The notes beneath the pieces are model-generated. The model saw only the letters and a program-made list of their open reading frames with translations. It had not been told where the DNA came from and did no database searches. A DNA stretch of 63,979 nt, the filler included, from Octopus bimaculoides (taxonomy: Eukaryota), in NCBI RefSeq assembly GCF_001194135.2. It is 7 parts of 7 records of this genome, joined end to end, with 100 filler letters (N's around TTAATTAATTAA, not from the genome) between each part and the next. Parts side by side here need not be neighbours in the genome. Positions count along the whole stretch, not along the records: positions 12,412 to 23,100 come from NC_069001.1; positions 23,201 to 30,957 come from NC_068988.1; 5 more parts are not named here. One strand, given 5' to 3'. Of this stretch, positions 12,873-25,125 are shown in pieces. How positions within the stretch are numbered: the first letter of the stretch is position 1; the number at the start of each line of letters is the position of its first letter. The position numbers were made by a program, and so were the translations under genes.

Positions 12873-13195
12873 GAACCATGGTCTACTGATTGTGCGATAG
12901 GTGAACCGTGGTCTACTGATTACACAATAGGTGAACCGTGGTCTACTGATTACACAATAGGTGAACTGTGATGTATTGATTGCACGGTAGGTGAACCATG
13001 GTCTACTGATTGTGCGATAGGTGAACCGTGGTCTACTGATTGTGCGATAGGTGAACCGTGGTCTACTGATTGTGCNNNNNNNNNNGTGCGATAGGTGAAC
13101 CGTGGTCTACTGATTGTGCGATAGGTGAACCGTGGTCTACTGATTGTGCGATAGGTGAACCATGAGGTACTGTGTGCAATAGGTGAACCATAATA
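12873..13195 (+). repeat. 30-bp minisatellite, about 10 copies
   Basis: Unit GAACCGTGGTCTACTGATTGTGCGATAGGT repeated head to tail with no spacers; small gap inside. Confidence 0.95.
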
Positions 13196-13211
13196 TGGCG
13201 AGGGATTACTG
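13170..13211. mobile_element. pogo/Tigger-like transposon terminus
   Basis: ...GGCGAGGGATTACTG|TA, reverse complement CAGTAATCCCTCG, similar to CAGTAATGCCTCG at 46549. Confidence 0.55.
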
Positions 13212-13464
13212 TATACGTCTGGTGTAAAATGGTATTACACAAATAAATAGCTGGTTGTGGTTATCTAAAAAGTCACCTATTGCAGAAAATATATCTTAAC
13301 ACAGACCACTCTCCATACTACTCGAATGTAGATACGATATTCAGCATTTCACTGTTCAGCTACCGACTGTCAAGTCAACACGTGTCAAACTAACACAGTA
13401 CACCAATATGGTCAAACTGTTTCCGTCAACTATGCTTGTTTGACGGTTCACTCAGTTCTTGGCA

Positions 13465-13640
13465 CATAAAACACCCACTGCACTCTCTGAGTGGTTGGCG
13501 TTAGGAAGGGCATCCAGCTGTAGAAACTCTGCCAAATCAGATTGGAGCCTGGTGTCGCCTCCTGGTCCACCAGTCCTCAGTCAAATCGTCCAACCCATGC
13601 TAGCATGGAAAGCGGACGTTAAACGATGATGATGATGATA
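13465..13640 (+). mobile_element. RTE-tail SINE / RTE 3' end (family C)
   Basis: GAGTGGTTGGCGTTAGGAAGGGCATCCAGCTGTAGAAAC...GCGGACGTTAAAC(GAT)n. Confidence 0.9.
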
Positions 13641-13689
13641 AGTCCACCTCCGGTCATGTCGCGAGTGTTCCAGATTCTCCCAAAACAGT

Positions 13690-13985
13690 CAGTTACGATG
13701 ACGAGTTGCTATGACAACAAAAACAGCTCATTCTTGAAATTAATGTGCATGTGGCTAAGCACTCCACAGACACGTGTCCCTTTAATGTAGTTTTCGGGGA
13801 GAGTCAGCGTGACACAGAGCATGACAAGGTTGTCCCTTTCAAATACAGGTTCAACTCATTTTTGCCAGCTGAGTGAACTGCAGCGACCTGAAATAAAATA
13901 TATTGCTCAAGGGTGCAACGCACAGCCAGGAATCAAACTCGCAACCTTATGATTGCGAGCCAAACTCTCTAACCACTAAGCCACA
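13690..13985 (-). mobile_element. tRNA-derived SINE (family D)
   Basis: Reverse complement starts GTGGCTTAGTGGTTAGAG..GTTTGATTCC (A/B boxes); homologous to 20398-20720 and 38800-39135. Confidence 0.8.
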
Positions 13986-14673
13986 CATCTGCATTCCACA
14001 ATAATATTAATGTGTATTTTGTAGCCATTTTCTCTTCTACCATATACAAACAGTAATATACTTGAGTGTGTGTGTGTATGTGTGTTATTATATATGTATG
14101 GTGCAGTAATATTGACATATCTACTTTACAGCCATTATCTTCTTCTACAACTGTGCTAGGCACTAATGTTTTTTTTGTTTTTTTTTCTTCTTCTTTCCAC
14201 AAGCAAAATCACATTCTGCTGAAAGACTGGGGAGAGGGAGGAGTAGGACTAAGCCACAGTTTCCTTTCCTCTCCCTTTTCCTCTCCCCTTTCTTTCCTGT
14301 ATGTCTCCCTATGTCTGTCTGTATGTATATATTTTATTTTTTTTTATCTAGTTTCAGCTCATGAGCTGTGGCCATGCTGGGGCACCGCCATTGAAAATGT
14401 TTAATAAGACCACCCTGTAATTCCTGGCAGAGATTAGAAACCTCTGCTTGTGTCTTGTTACGACTTTTAAACACCCTTACCTACTGGGCCATATAAAATA
14501 TATATATATATATATATAGATATATATATATATATATATTAAATGTGTGTCTGTATATTGGCTTCTCTGTGTATGTATGTTGGTGCATGTTGGCATGTGT
14601 GTCTCTGTGTGTATGCATGAGTGACTTCAGTTTTACTACATTGGTTTTACATATACATTTTTTAATGACTGAA

Positions 14674-14704
<31 letters not shown>

Positions 14705-14705
<1 letters not shown>

Positions 14706-14918
14706 AGGCGGTGAGTTGGCAGCATCGTTAGCAACGCCGGGCAAATTGCTTAGCAGTATTTCGTCTTCCGCTATATACCGAATTCAAATTCTGTCGGGGT
14801 CGACTTTGCCTTTCATCCTTTCGGGGTCAATAAATTAAGTACCATTATACACTGTGGTCGATGTAATTGACTGGTCACCTCCTGCAAAATGTCAGCTCTT
14901 GTGCCTATAGTTGAAAGG
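14705..14918 (+). mobile_element. SINE family B
   Basis: GGCGGTGAGTTGGCAG..GACTTTGCCTTTCATCCTTTCGGGGTCAATAAATTAAGTACC..; follows (TAT)n. Confidence 0.8.
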
Positions 14919-14942
14919 GTTATTATCATTATTATTAACAAT

Positions 14943-15345
14943 AGGCGCAGGAGTGGCTGTGTGGTAAGTAGCTTGCTTACCAACCACATGGTTCCGGGTT
15001 CAGTCCCACTGTGTGTCACCTTGGGCAAGTGTCTTCTACTATAGCCTCGGGCCGACCAAAGCCTTGTGAGCGGATTTGGTAGACGGAAACTGAAAGAAGC
15101 CTGCCGTATATATGTATATGTATGTATATGTGTGTGTATGCTTGTGTGTCTGTGTTTGTCCCCACAACATCGCTTGACAACCGATGCTGGTGTGTTTACG
15201 TCCCCCGTAACCTAGCGGTTCGGCAAAAGAGACGATAGAATAAGTACTAGGCTTACAAAGAATAAGTCCTGGAGTTGGTCGATTTGCTCGACTAAAGGTG
15301 GTGCTCCAGCATGGCCACAGTCAAATGACTGAAAGAAGTTAAAGA
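14943..15345 (+). mobile_element. Full-length SINE family A
   Basis: tRNA-like head, internal (TA/TG)n, tail GGTGCTCCAGCATGGCCACAGTCAAATGACTGAAA. Confidence 0.92.
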
Positions 15346-15359
15346 GAGAGAGAGAGAGT

Positions 15360-15518
15360 CTCATATCTTTGAGATTTCAATGATGTGGATTTTTTTTTTT
15401 TATATATTTTCAGAATGGCATTGTAGCGTAGGTGTGAAAGGTTACATGTAGCCAGTTAGAACATAAAGGAAGCAGAATTCTTTGGCGGGATATGGCCAGT
15501 TCAAATACTAATAGGTTA
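15360..15518 (+). mobile_element. Partial TTAA-flanked MITE (piggyBac-like)
   Basis: Matches 3' part of 20866-21090. Confidence 0.6.
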
Positions 15519-15769
15519 ATAGTCTTATGTAGTAAAACTCTTAGACCTTTATCCCTGCTTCCAAATCCTATTCTGTGTGTGTGAAATGTATATTTGTAAA
15601 CACATCATTTTGTACAGATTTGTGACGTTGGAAAGGGGGAGAAATGGTACCTTTCGCATTTTATTGTCTTTCCTGTCACCATTCTTTTTATGCTTTCTTT
15701 AAAGTCGTGTATTTTTCTAAATTACGTATTTATCATGGTGATGGCGGTAGTTGACTAATAAAAGTAACA

Positions 15770-15962
15770 GTTTCAAATTTTGGTACAAGGCTAGTAACTT
15801 CAGCGCCGGGCATAATTCGATTACGTTGATCCTAGTTCCCAGCTGGCACTTATTTTATCGACCCCCAAAAGGATGAAAGCAAAGGTGACCGCGGTGGAAT
15901 TTGAACTCAGAATGTAAAAATTGAAAAAAAAAAATGCCACTAAGCATTTTGCCCGGCATGCT
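15770..15962 (-). mobile_element. SINE family B
   Basis: Reverse-complement match to 14705-14918 and 60078-60295. Confidence 0.75.
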
Positions 15963-15964
15963 AA

Positions 15965-16250
15965 TGCTTTGGTAGGCCCGAGGCTATAGTAGAAGACACT
16001 TGCCCAAGGTGCCACGCAGTGGGACTGAACCCGAATCCATGTGGTTGGTAAGCAAGCTACTTACCACACAGACACTCCTGCGCCTATTATTAATAACAAT
16101 GATAATAATCCTTTCAACTATAGGCACAAGAGCTGAAATTTTGCGGGAGGTGACCAGTCGATTACATCGACCACAGTATATAACTGGTACTTAATTTATT
16201 GACCCCGAAAGGATGAAACGCAAAGTCAACCTCAACAGAATTGAATTCAG
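15965..16250 (-). mobile_element. SINE B+A junction segment, inverted copy of 14778-15063
   Basis: Reverse complement aligns across the B tail, the A/T-rich junction and the A head. Confidence 0.88.
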
Positions 16251-16731
16251 TATCTAGCTTTAATAAGAATGATTACAATAATAATGATAATGGGGGTATT
16301 TTTGGTGATGGTGATGGTGTTGGAGGTGGAGTAATGATGATGATGATGGCGGTGTTGTGACGAAGTGATGGTGGTGATGATGATACTGGAGGTGGTGTTG
16401 TGGATGGTGATAGTGACGGGGATGGCGTCGGAGGTGCTAATGATGATAATGGTGATGATGACGACGGCTTAAACAAGAGAAACCATCACACAAACATAAA
16501 ACCTTTAGTATATAACAAAGCCAAATAAATCCGCAGCTGTTAAAAGCTTGCAGATTGACGCATCTTTCTACCATTTTGAAGAGTGGTCCATTCCACGTGT
16601 GTGTCTGTGTGTCTGCGGTTCTCTAGAACAGTCACTGAAGTCGTCTCTTTAGCTTCCTCTCTGTTTCTTTCTCATTTATATGATTTGTATGTGTGCATTT
16701 CAGCTTAGTTTCTCAGTATATATGCATGTAT

Positions 16732-16766
<35 letters not shown>

Positions 16767-17182
16767 NNNNNNNNNNNNNNNNNNNNNNNNNNNNNNNNNN
16801 NNNNNNNNNNNNNNNNNNNNNNNNNNNNNNNNNNNNNNNNNNNNNNNNNNNNNNNNNNNNNNNNNNNNNNNNNNNNNNNNNNNNNNNNNNNNNNNNNNNN
16901 NNNNNNNNNNNNNNNNNNNNNNNNNNNNNNNNNNNNNNNNNNNNNNNNNNNNNNNNNNNNNNNNNNNNNNNNNNNNNNNNNNNNNNNNNNNNNNNNNNNN
17001 NNNNNNNNNNNNNNNNNNNNNNNNNNNNNNNNNNNNNNNNNNNNNNNNNNNNNNNNNNNNNNNNNNNNNNNNNNNNNNNNNNNNNNNNNNNNNNNNNNNN
17101 NNNNNNNNNNNNNNNNNNNNNNNNNNNNNNNNNNNNNNNNNNNNNNNNNNNNNNNNNNNNNNNNNNNNNNNNNNNNNNNNNN

Positions 17183-17261
<79 letters not shown>

Positions 17262-18107
17262 TACATACATACATACATTTATTTATATATCTATCTATCT
17301 ATATATATATATATATACACAAATTTTATACATACTTATATATGTAAATGCATCTGGGTGGGTCTGTGTATGTATGTAAGTGTATAGTTTCTTACGTATG
17401 CTTGTGTGTATATATGTATATATATATATATATATATGTACGTGAGCATATATAAAAGCACTGCACTATTATCTGGGTTTAGTGGAGACAGCGACTGACA
17501 TGAGCGATGCCATTAGCAGAACTGGCACCATTTGCTAATGGAATATTCTTGCTGTGGACTTCTTTCCTTTTATTTTACTGGTCATTGTTGACATTGCTGT
17601 TGTTGCTAATGATGATGATGGCGATGATGACGACAATAATGTTGTTGTTGTTGTTGTCGTCATTCATTTTTATTTGAACTCTGTTGACAGGTTAATGATA
17701 TTGTTCCAACCCTTTCCCTCTGCATCCCTCTCTCCCCCCTCATTTCTATAATTTCCTTCTTTCCCTTTTTCTCCTCCGTGTGTGTGTGTGTGTGTGTCAC
17801 ACCATTTTCTCTTTATTCTCTATCCACCCCACCTCTCTCTCTCTCACTCTCCTTGTTTCACTATGATATCTCTCTTTTTCTTCTTCCTCCCTTCCTCTAT
17901 CTCTTCCTGTCAATCTTTTTCACTCTCTCTCATCTTCCTGTTTCATCTCTCTCCCAACTCTGTCACTTTCTCGCTTTCTAATATCTACTTTCACTTTCGC
18001 TTTCTTATTTCGCTTCTCACTATATTCTCTCTCTCCCTTTCTCTCCATGGGTGTGACTGACTGACTCTGTGTGTGTGTATCTGTATCTCTGTGTGTGTAT
18101 CCGTATC

Positions 18108-18139
<32 letters not shown>

Positions 18140-18754
18140 GGGAGGCAGAAATTGGTAATTTCCACAAATGGTAGATTCTCCATAATGTTACTTACTAACA
18201 GCCGTTTGTTGCTGTTCTTGTTGTTCTTCTTTTACTGATGATAGATTTAGCTTTTACACTATTTGCTATTTTAGTTTATCTTCACTAAGTGCACCGCTAT
18301 TATTGCTTCGTGCTTCCCTAGCACCCAACCCCCACCCCCATCCCGCAANNNNNNNNNNNNNNNNNNNNNNNNNNNNNNNNNNNNNNNNNNNNNNNNNNNN
18401 NNNNNNNNNNNNNNNNCCGCAACCCCCTCCTTCTAACCTCCCACTCTTCCCCTCCCCTTCACCATTCCACCGTTCCTCTGCCAATACATTCTCTGCTGCA
18501 TCTCATTAACCAACTTTTGCAGTTATTTGCATCTTTGCATTGCAGCACCTCGCACTAAAACAATGACAACCTATAAAGCCAGGAAGCGAAGCTATGACGG
18601 TTGACATGAGAAGTTTTAAGCCTTAAGACCCTAATTTAGGGGTTGGGACACCTGTCTTGCCAACCACATATTGGTATATGTTAGCAACAGCTGCATGGAT
18701 AAGGACTTCTCATTATGGTCTTGTGGCTTCAGCTTCAATCACACTCTCTCTCTT

Positions 18755-19161
18755 TTACTCTTTTACTTGTTTCAGTCATTTGACTGCGGCCATGCTGGAG
18801 CACCGCCTTTTTAGACGAGCAAATCGACCCCAGGACTTATTCTTTGGAAGCCTAGTACTTATTCTATCGGTCTCCTTTGCCGAACCGCTAAGTTACGGGG
18901 ACGTAAACACACCACCATCGGTTGTCAAGCTATGCTGGGGCAACAAACACAGACACACGAAACATATACACTCACACACATACATATATATACATATATA
19001 CAACGGGCTTCTTTTCAGTTTCCGTCTACCAAATCCACTCACAAGGCTTTGGTCGGACCGAAGCTATAGTAGAAGACGCTTGCCCAAGGTGCCACACAGT
19101 GGGAATGAACCCGGAACCATGTGGTTGGTAAGCAAGCTACTTACCACACAGCCACTCCTGC
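18755..19161 (-). mobile_element. Full-length SINE family A
   Basis: Reverse-complement match to 14943-15345. Confidence 0.92.
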
Positions 19162-19389
19162 ACTATATTTTGGGGTATGTGTCTTTTAAAATGGCCCCAG
19201 GTCAACCAAAGCCTTGTGAATAAAATCAAATCCATTGGAAGGGCCCTAACTATTCTTAAATGATAAAGTTAATCTTTTACTCTATTTAACCTTGCACCCT
19301 AGTGTTTGGGTTCCTTGGTCATAGTACCCTTAGGTGCAAGAACTCACAATTCACAACACGGCTTTCGTTTCTTCCTAGTGCTACACTCA

Positions 19390-19608
19390 TGAACCGGATT
19401 AAGTGTTAGCCTTTTAGCATTCAGATTATTCTGCGAAATGTTACATTTATTTATTTACATTGTTTTGAATTAACCATGCTTTATCTAGTAGCTTTGAGAT
19501 TTTTATGAGGTTACTGTTAATTTTTAGAATGATATTGTATATTACAATAATATAAGGCTGGTGGAATATTTTGGCTGGATATGGTTGGTTGAAATACTAA
19601 AGGGTTTA
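19390..19608 (+). mobile_element. TTAA-flanked MITE (piggyBac-like)
   Basis: CCTTTTAGCATTCAG ... AATACTAAAGGG TTTAA; homologous to 20866-21090. Confidence 0.65.
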
Positions 19609-20397
19609 AACAACATGCCCTCTTGGTCCCCTAGATGTCTTTAGAAAGGTTCACTGTTTAACAAGTATTCTTTCTCTCTATCTCCCCCCCCCTCTATCTC
19701 TCTTTCTCTCTCTCTCTTTCTCTCTCTCTCTTTCTCTCTCTCTCTCTTTCTCTCTCTATCTCTCTTTCAAGCAGACATTGTTGAGTGTTGCTTAGGACAG
19801 AAACATCGGTATTAATCTCTCCAATTTGGAAGTGTCTGCTGGTTATAGGCACTACCCTCTCATCTTCTGATTAACTTATTAAACCAAAAAAAAAAAAAAA
19901 AAGTCAGAAAGAAAAGCAAAAATCTTCTTAGAGAAGTAATTAAGATTCTAATTATCTCACTTGCATCAGATAAATATTGATTGATGCTATTTTTATAAAC
20001 TTGTTCAGAAGATGCTAGATATGTAGAGAAAAGTTGTCATTGCTCTCTGAGTTTGAGCATGGTATGGCAGGGGTAAAATTCCGAGTACACCTCATACCTG
20101 CATAACAGTATTTAGTCTAAAATGGTAAAGACCCTCTTCAGTTATGAGTGACCATGACATTGGACCTAGAAAGTTCCCCTCCAAAGCACAAGTCTGAGCA
20201 AGGTTTTCTATGGAAGACCAGCGGTCGCCTTTGCATACCAGCCTCCCCTCTCTGTGCCACTGATCTTATCCAAGGGAAAGGCAAAGGGGCCGATACAGCT
20301 TGGCACCAGTGATGTCACAACTCATTTCTACAGCCGAGTGAACTGGTGCAATGTGAAATAAAGTGTCTTGCTCAAGAACACAGCCCAGCCCATAGGG

Positions 20398-20720
20398 TTG
20401 TGTGAAGGCGCACAGCTTAGTGGTTAGGGTACTCGGCTCACGATCGTAAGGTCAATTCCTGCTGACGTGTTGTGTCCTTGAGCAAGACACTCTATATCAC
20501 GTTACTCCAGTCTGCTCAACTTGCAAGAATGAGTATTACCTGTATTTCAAAAGGCTTGCCTTGTCATGCTGTGTGTCAAAATGATTCTCACTAAGGACTA
20601 CTTTAAGGGTTCACGTGTCTGTAGAGTGCTCAGCCGCATGCTGCACCTTAATTTCACGAGCAGGCTGTTCTGTTGATCGGATCATCTGGAGCCCTCAGCA
20701 TTGCAACCAACTTAATGCCA
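20398..20720 (+). mobile_element. tRNA-derived SINE (family D)
   Basis: GGCGCACAGCTTAGTGGTTAGGGTAC..GTCAATTCC..GTGTCCTTGAGCAAGACAC; abuts an inverted SINE-like segment at about 20110-20395. Confidence 0.8.
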
Positions 20721-20865
20721 GTTATAAGGTTATAATTAGAGGCCAGGTCTGACCAGTTGCAACATAAAACAGTTAAAATATTTTGTCCAGATATGGTCAG
20801 TTTGAATGTTAAAGGGTTAAATAACGCATGTTTGCAGGGAAGGGTTTTTTTTTTTTATATTTTCA

Positions 20866-21090
20866 ACCCTTTAGCATTCAAATTATTTCGTCAAATTTAA
20901 TATTTAAAAAAATCACATTGTTTTGAATTAATCCAACAGTATCTTGTGACTTTGAGCTTTCAATGATGTGATTCTATATTTTTAAAATGACATTGTTGGA
21001 TACATATAAGAGGCCAGATTTTGACAGTTTGAACATGAAGCAGATAGAATATTTGGGCCAGATAGGGCATGTTTAAATATTAAAGGGTTA
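20866..21090 (+). mobile_element. TTAA-flanked MITE (piggyBac-like)
   Basis: (T)TCAA CCCTTTAGCATTCAA ... TTAAATATTAAAGGG TTAA termini; further partial copies at 20740-20820 and 22330-22440 (-). Confidence 0.65.
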
Positions 21091-21289
21091 AAGCCCTTAG
21101 TGTGTCAGTTAAACTCCTTCAGAGTGTCGCTATTGACACAAATGTCACAAGTTCACAATTCACTTTAGAAGGATAACAACAAAAACAGCCAGTGCCAAAA
21201 CTGATTGGTATTAAAGCAGAATTCTATGTAAGATTATTAANNNNNNNNNNATCATCTAGCCCCAAGGTTCTGCAGCAATAACCCTCATC

Positions 21290-21705
21290 ATCATCACTTA
21301 ATGTCTGTTTTCCATGCTGGCAGGGGTTGGATGGTTTGACCGAGACTGGTAAGGCCAGGAGCTGCAGCAGGTTTCATCGTCCATTTTGGCATGGTTTCTA
21401 CAACTGGATGCTCTTCCAAATGCCAAACACTGCGGAATGTACTAGATGCTTTTCATGTGACCCCATCACCTGCGCTTTTTACGTAGCGCTTCCCTTCCGC
21501 TTTTCAGACAACGCATCCAAGACAACATCACTGAATGTTTCCTTCCATTTTTAAGCAAGTAGTGGTTGGCATTAGGAAGGGCATCCAGCTGTAGAAACTC
21601 TGCCAGATCAGATTGGAGCCTGGTGTAGCCATCTGGTTCGCCAGTCCTCAGTGAAATTGTCCAACCCATGCTAGCATGGAAAGCGGACGTTAAACAATGA
21701 TGATA
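21290..21705. mobile_element. Two RTE-tail SINE (family C) copies: 21290-21450 (-) and 21555-21705 (+)
   Basis: Match to GGAAGGGCATCCAGCTGTAGAAAC..GGACGTTAAAC(GAT)n tail. Confidence 0.8.
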
Positions 21706-22496
21706 AAGTGTGATTTAAATGAGAATTGGTTGCAATTTCTTGCATTTTGGCTGACTCTCTATGAACCCACTTATTTGTTCACCGTGATTGTTTTATTTCC
21801 ATGATGGAGTCGGAGGTGGGGGTTGAGGTACATACAACTCAGATAAATTTTTCCAGAAGCGGTTTATTCTTTAGTCTCATTAATCAGATTCTACCAAATT
21901 TAATCTAAGTCAGTCAAAAATAATTGCTAAGATCAAAATCAAGGATAAGATCTTTCTAGAAACAAAAATGTTCTTGGAACCCCATTTGAGATAAAATGTT
22001 TGTGTATTTCAATTAAGGCATCATTTATCTTTTTTTTTTCGGTGGATCAGTGCCAACATTTCTGATTGTGCACTTGAGGATGAGATGTTGGAACATTTTC
22101 GGAAAGGTTTGCTTTTCTTTTTTTATTTATTTTCCAATTTGGCTTTGTTTCACAGATAAGCCATGATGGATGTAAAAACCTGTCAACCATACCGCCACCT
22201 TCGTACAAACAATATTGCTCACAGTTGAGGTTTCTTAGGCCATGGTCGAGCTCTGTTGCGCCATATTAGAGACCTATCAACCCTTTTCATACCAACCTGC
22301 CTGAGACCACCCCAGGTTCTATGACATAAACTAGCATTTAAATCGTCCACATATGGCCAAAATCTTCTACCTGTTTTATATTCAAACTGACCAGATTAGG
22401 CCTTGCACACCTACCCTACAATGTCGTTCTAAAAATAAACTACTGCTCCATCAGAATCTTGAAGCTATGAGGTAATTCATGAATGATTTGAAACAG

Positions 22497-22665
22497 TAGG
22501 CGCAGGAGTGGCTGTGTGGTAAGTAGCTTGCTTATCAACCACACGGTTCCGGGTTCATTCCCACTGCGTGGCACCCACTTTGGGCAAGTGTCTTCTACTA
22601 TAGCCTCGGGCCGACCAAAGCCTTGTGAGTGGATTTGGTAGACAGAAACTGAAAGAAGCTCGCCG

Positions 22666-22708
<43 letters not shown>

Positions 22709-22875
22709 GTGTGTGTATATGTTTGTGTGTCTGTGTTTGTACCCCCAACATCACTTGACAACCGATGATGGTGTGTTTATGTCCCCATAACTTAGCGTTT
22801 CGGCAAAAGAGAACGATAGAATAAGTACTAGGCTTACAAAGAATAAGTCCTGGGGTTGACTTGCTCAACTAAAAG
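22497..22875 (+). mobile_element. SINE family A, near full length
   Basis: Colinear with 14943-15345. Confidence 0.92.
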
Positions 22876-23349
22876 TATTTTAACGTTTCATCTTCCTCAA
22901 ATTAGTGGATCATGGGCCCCTAATCAAGTTGGTGTTATTTAGTCCTAAGTCAGCCCTGCTCAGAACTGCTCCAGCCTGTTCTTCCTTTATTTACCGAACT
23001 TATTTACTGAACCCATTAAAATGTTTGCTGAACCCATTAAATCTGTAGACTCTTTCTTAATAAAGAATAAAATTGTAAGATGCATTCTCAGAAAAAGAAT
23101 NNNNNNNNNNNNNNNNNNNNNNNNNNNNNNNNNNNNNNNNNNNNTTAATTAATTAANNNNNNNNNNNNNNNNNNNNNNNNNNNNNNNNNNNNNNNNNNNN
23201 GCATAAATATACAGATATACATATAGATATATGCACATGTATATACATGAACATACATACTTTTACATATATACCTAGTTCTTTTACACGTGCATGTACT
23301 ATGTGTTATTATTAATTTTACAAGTGAAACGTATATATACCTAATTCAT

Positions 23350-23861
23350 TTTATGTATGCCCTCTATGCACATATATATACTTAAGTAACTGAATATATG
23401 TTATCCATACATATCCATCCAAGGCATTTTATATACTCTCATATATACACTCAGATATAGCTAATTAATTTTATAAGCGTTATACCTACATATATACCGA
23501 ATATATTTCCTTTCACTATATACATAGATAATTTATTTTGTATGTGCGTACATACATATACTTTACATATATAGGTAATTAAATTTATATGATATTCACA
23601 CACACACTCCACACACACACACCGCACCACACACACACACACACACACACATTTACAGAAAAATAAGGGCCTAATTAATTTTACTTGTGTAATACATGTA
23701 TACATGTATACTGAAATGATCTCACAGGTAACGTGCATGCATATATGCCTAATTAATTTTACGTATACCATATAGGCAAATATAACACATGTGTTACTTT
23801 GTGGATATCTGATACTTTAATTTTCCCATTTATACTTCACATTTATACCAAATAATCTTTT

Positions 23862-23938
<77 letters not shown>

Positions 23939-24260
23939 ACATACACACACATATACATATGTAAGGCACATGTAAAAGATTATTTGGTATAAATGTGTGT
24001 GTGGAGTGTATGTGTGAATATCATATAAATTTAATTACCTATATATGTAAAGTATATGTACGTACGCACATACAAAATAAATTATCTATGTATATAGTGA
24101 AAGGAAATATATTCGGTATATATGTAGGTATAACGCTTATAAAATTAATTAGCTATATCTGAGTGTATATATGAGAGTATATAAAATGCCTTGGATGGAT
24201 ATGTATGGATAACATATATTCAGTTACTTAAGTGCATAGAGGACATACAAATGTGCATAT
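23350..24260. repeat. Large near-perfect inverted duplication (fold-back)
   Basis: 23350-23630 is the reverse complement of about 23995-24260; 23840-23866 pairs with 23969-23994. Confidence 0.9.
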
Positions 24261-24327
24261 ATGTATGCATATGTGCAAAGAGGGCATACAAAAAATGAAT
24301 TTTTACACATATATATATATATGCATA

Positions 24328-24495
24328 TAGGCGCATGAGCGGCTGTGTAGTAAGTAGCTAGGTTACCAACCACACGGTTGCGGGTTCAATCCCCTGTGTG
24401 GCACCTTGGGCAAGTGTCTTTTGCTATAGCCTCGGGCAGACCGAAGTCTTGTGAGTGGATTTTGTAGACGGAAACTGAAAGAAGCCAGTCGTGTA
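24328..24495 (+). mobile_element. SINE family A 5' half
   Basis: GGCGCATGAGCGGCTGTGTAGTAAG..GGAAACTGAAAGAAGCCAGTCG then (TA)n and gap. Confidence 0.88.
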
Positions 24496-24505
24496 TATAT
24501 ATATA

Positions 24506-24549
<44 letters not shown>

Positions 24550-25083
24550 NNNNNNNNNNNNNNNNNNNNNNNNNNNNNNNNNNNNNNNNNNNNNNNNNNN
24601 NNNNNNNNNNNNNNNNNNNNNNNNNNNNNNNNNNNNNNNNNNNNNNNNNNNNNNNNNNNNNNNNNNNNNNNNNNNNNNNNNNNNNNNNNNNNNNNNNNNN
24701 NNNNNNNNNNNNNNNNNNNNNNNNNNNNNNNNNNNNNNNNNNNNNNNNNNNNNNNNNNNNNNNNNNNNNNNNNNNNNNNNNNNNNNNNNNNNNNNNNNNN
24801 NNNNNNNNNNNNNNNNNNNNNNNNNNNNNNNNNNNNNNNNNNNNNNNNNNNNNNNNNNNNNNNNNNNNNNNNNNNNNNNNNNNNNNNNNNNNNNNNNNNN
24901 NNNNNNNNNNNNNNNNNNNNNNNNNNNNNNNNNNNNNNNNNNNNNNNNNNNNNNNNNNNNNNNNNNNNNNNNNNNNNNNNNNNNNNNNNNNNNNNNNNNN
25001 NNNNNNNNNNNNNNNNNNNNNNNNNNNNNNNNNNNNNNNNNNNNNNNNNNNNNNNNNNNNNNNNNNNNNNNNNNNNNNNNNNN

Positions 25084-25125
<42 letters not shown>

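Noticed and set aside
12873-13195. CRISPR-like 30-bp repeat array
   Set aside because: Contiguous tandem units with no unique spacers and no cas genes; eukaryotic context
14943-15020. tRNA-like A/B boxes in SINE heads
   Set aside because: Heads continue into SINE bodies and lack a complete cloverleaf; not tRNA genes
16270-16476. Pro/Ser/Thr-rich mucin-like ORF
   Set aside because: Degenerate (GAT/GGT)n microsatellite without splice or domain support
17509-17545. 11-bp hairpin CCATTAGCAGA/TTTGCTAATGG
   Set aside because: Short and isolated; could arise by chance in 64 kb
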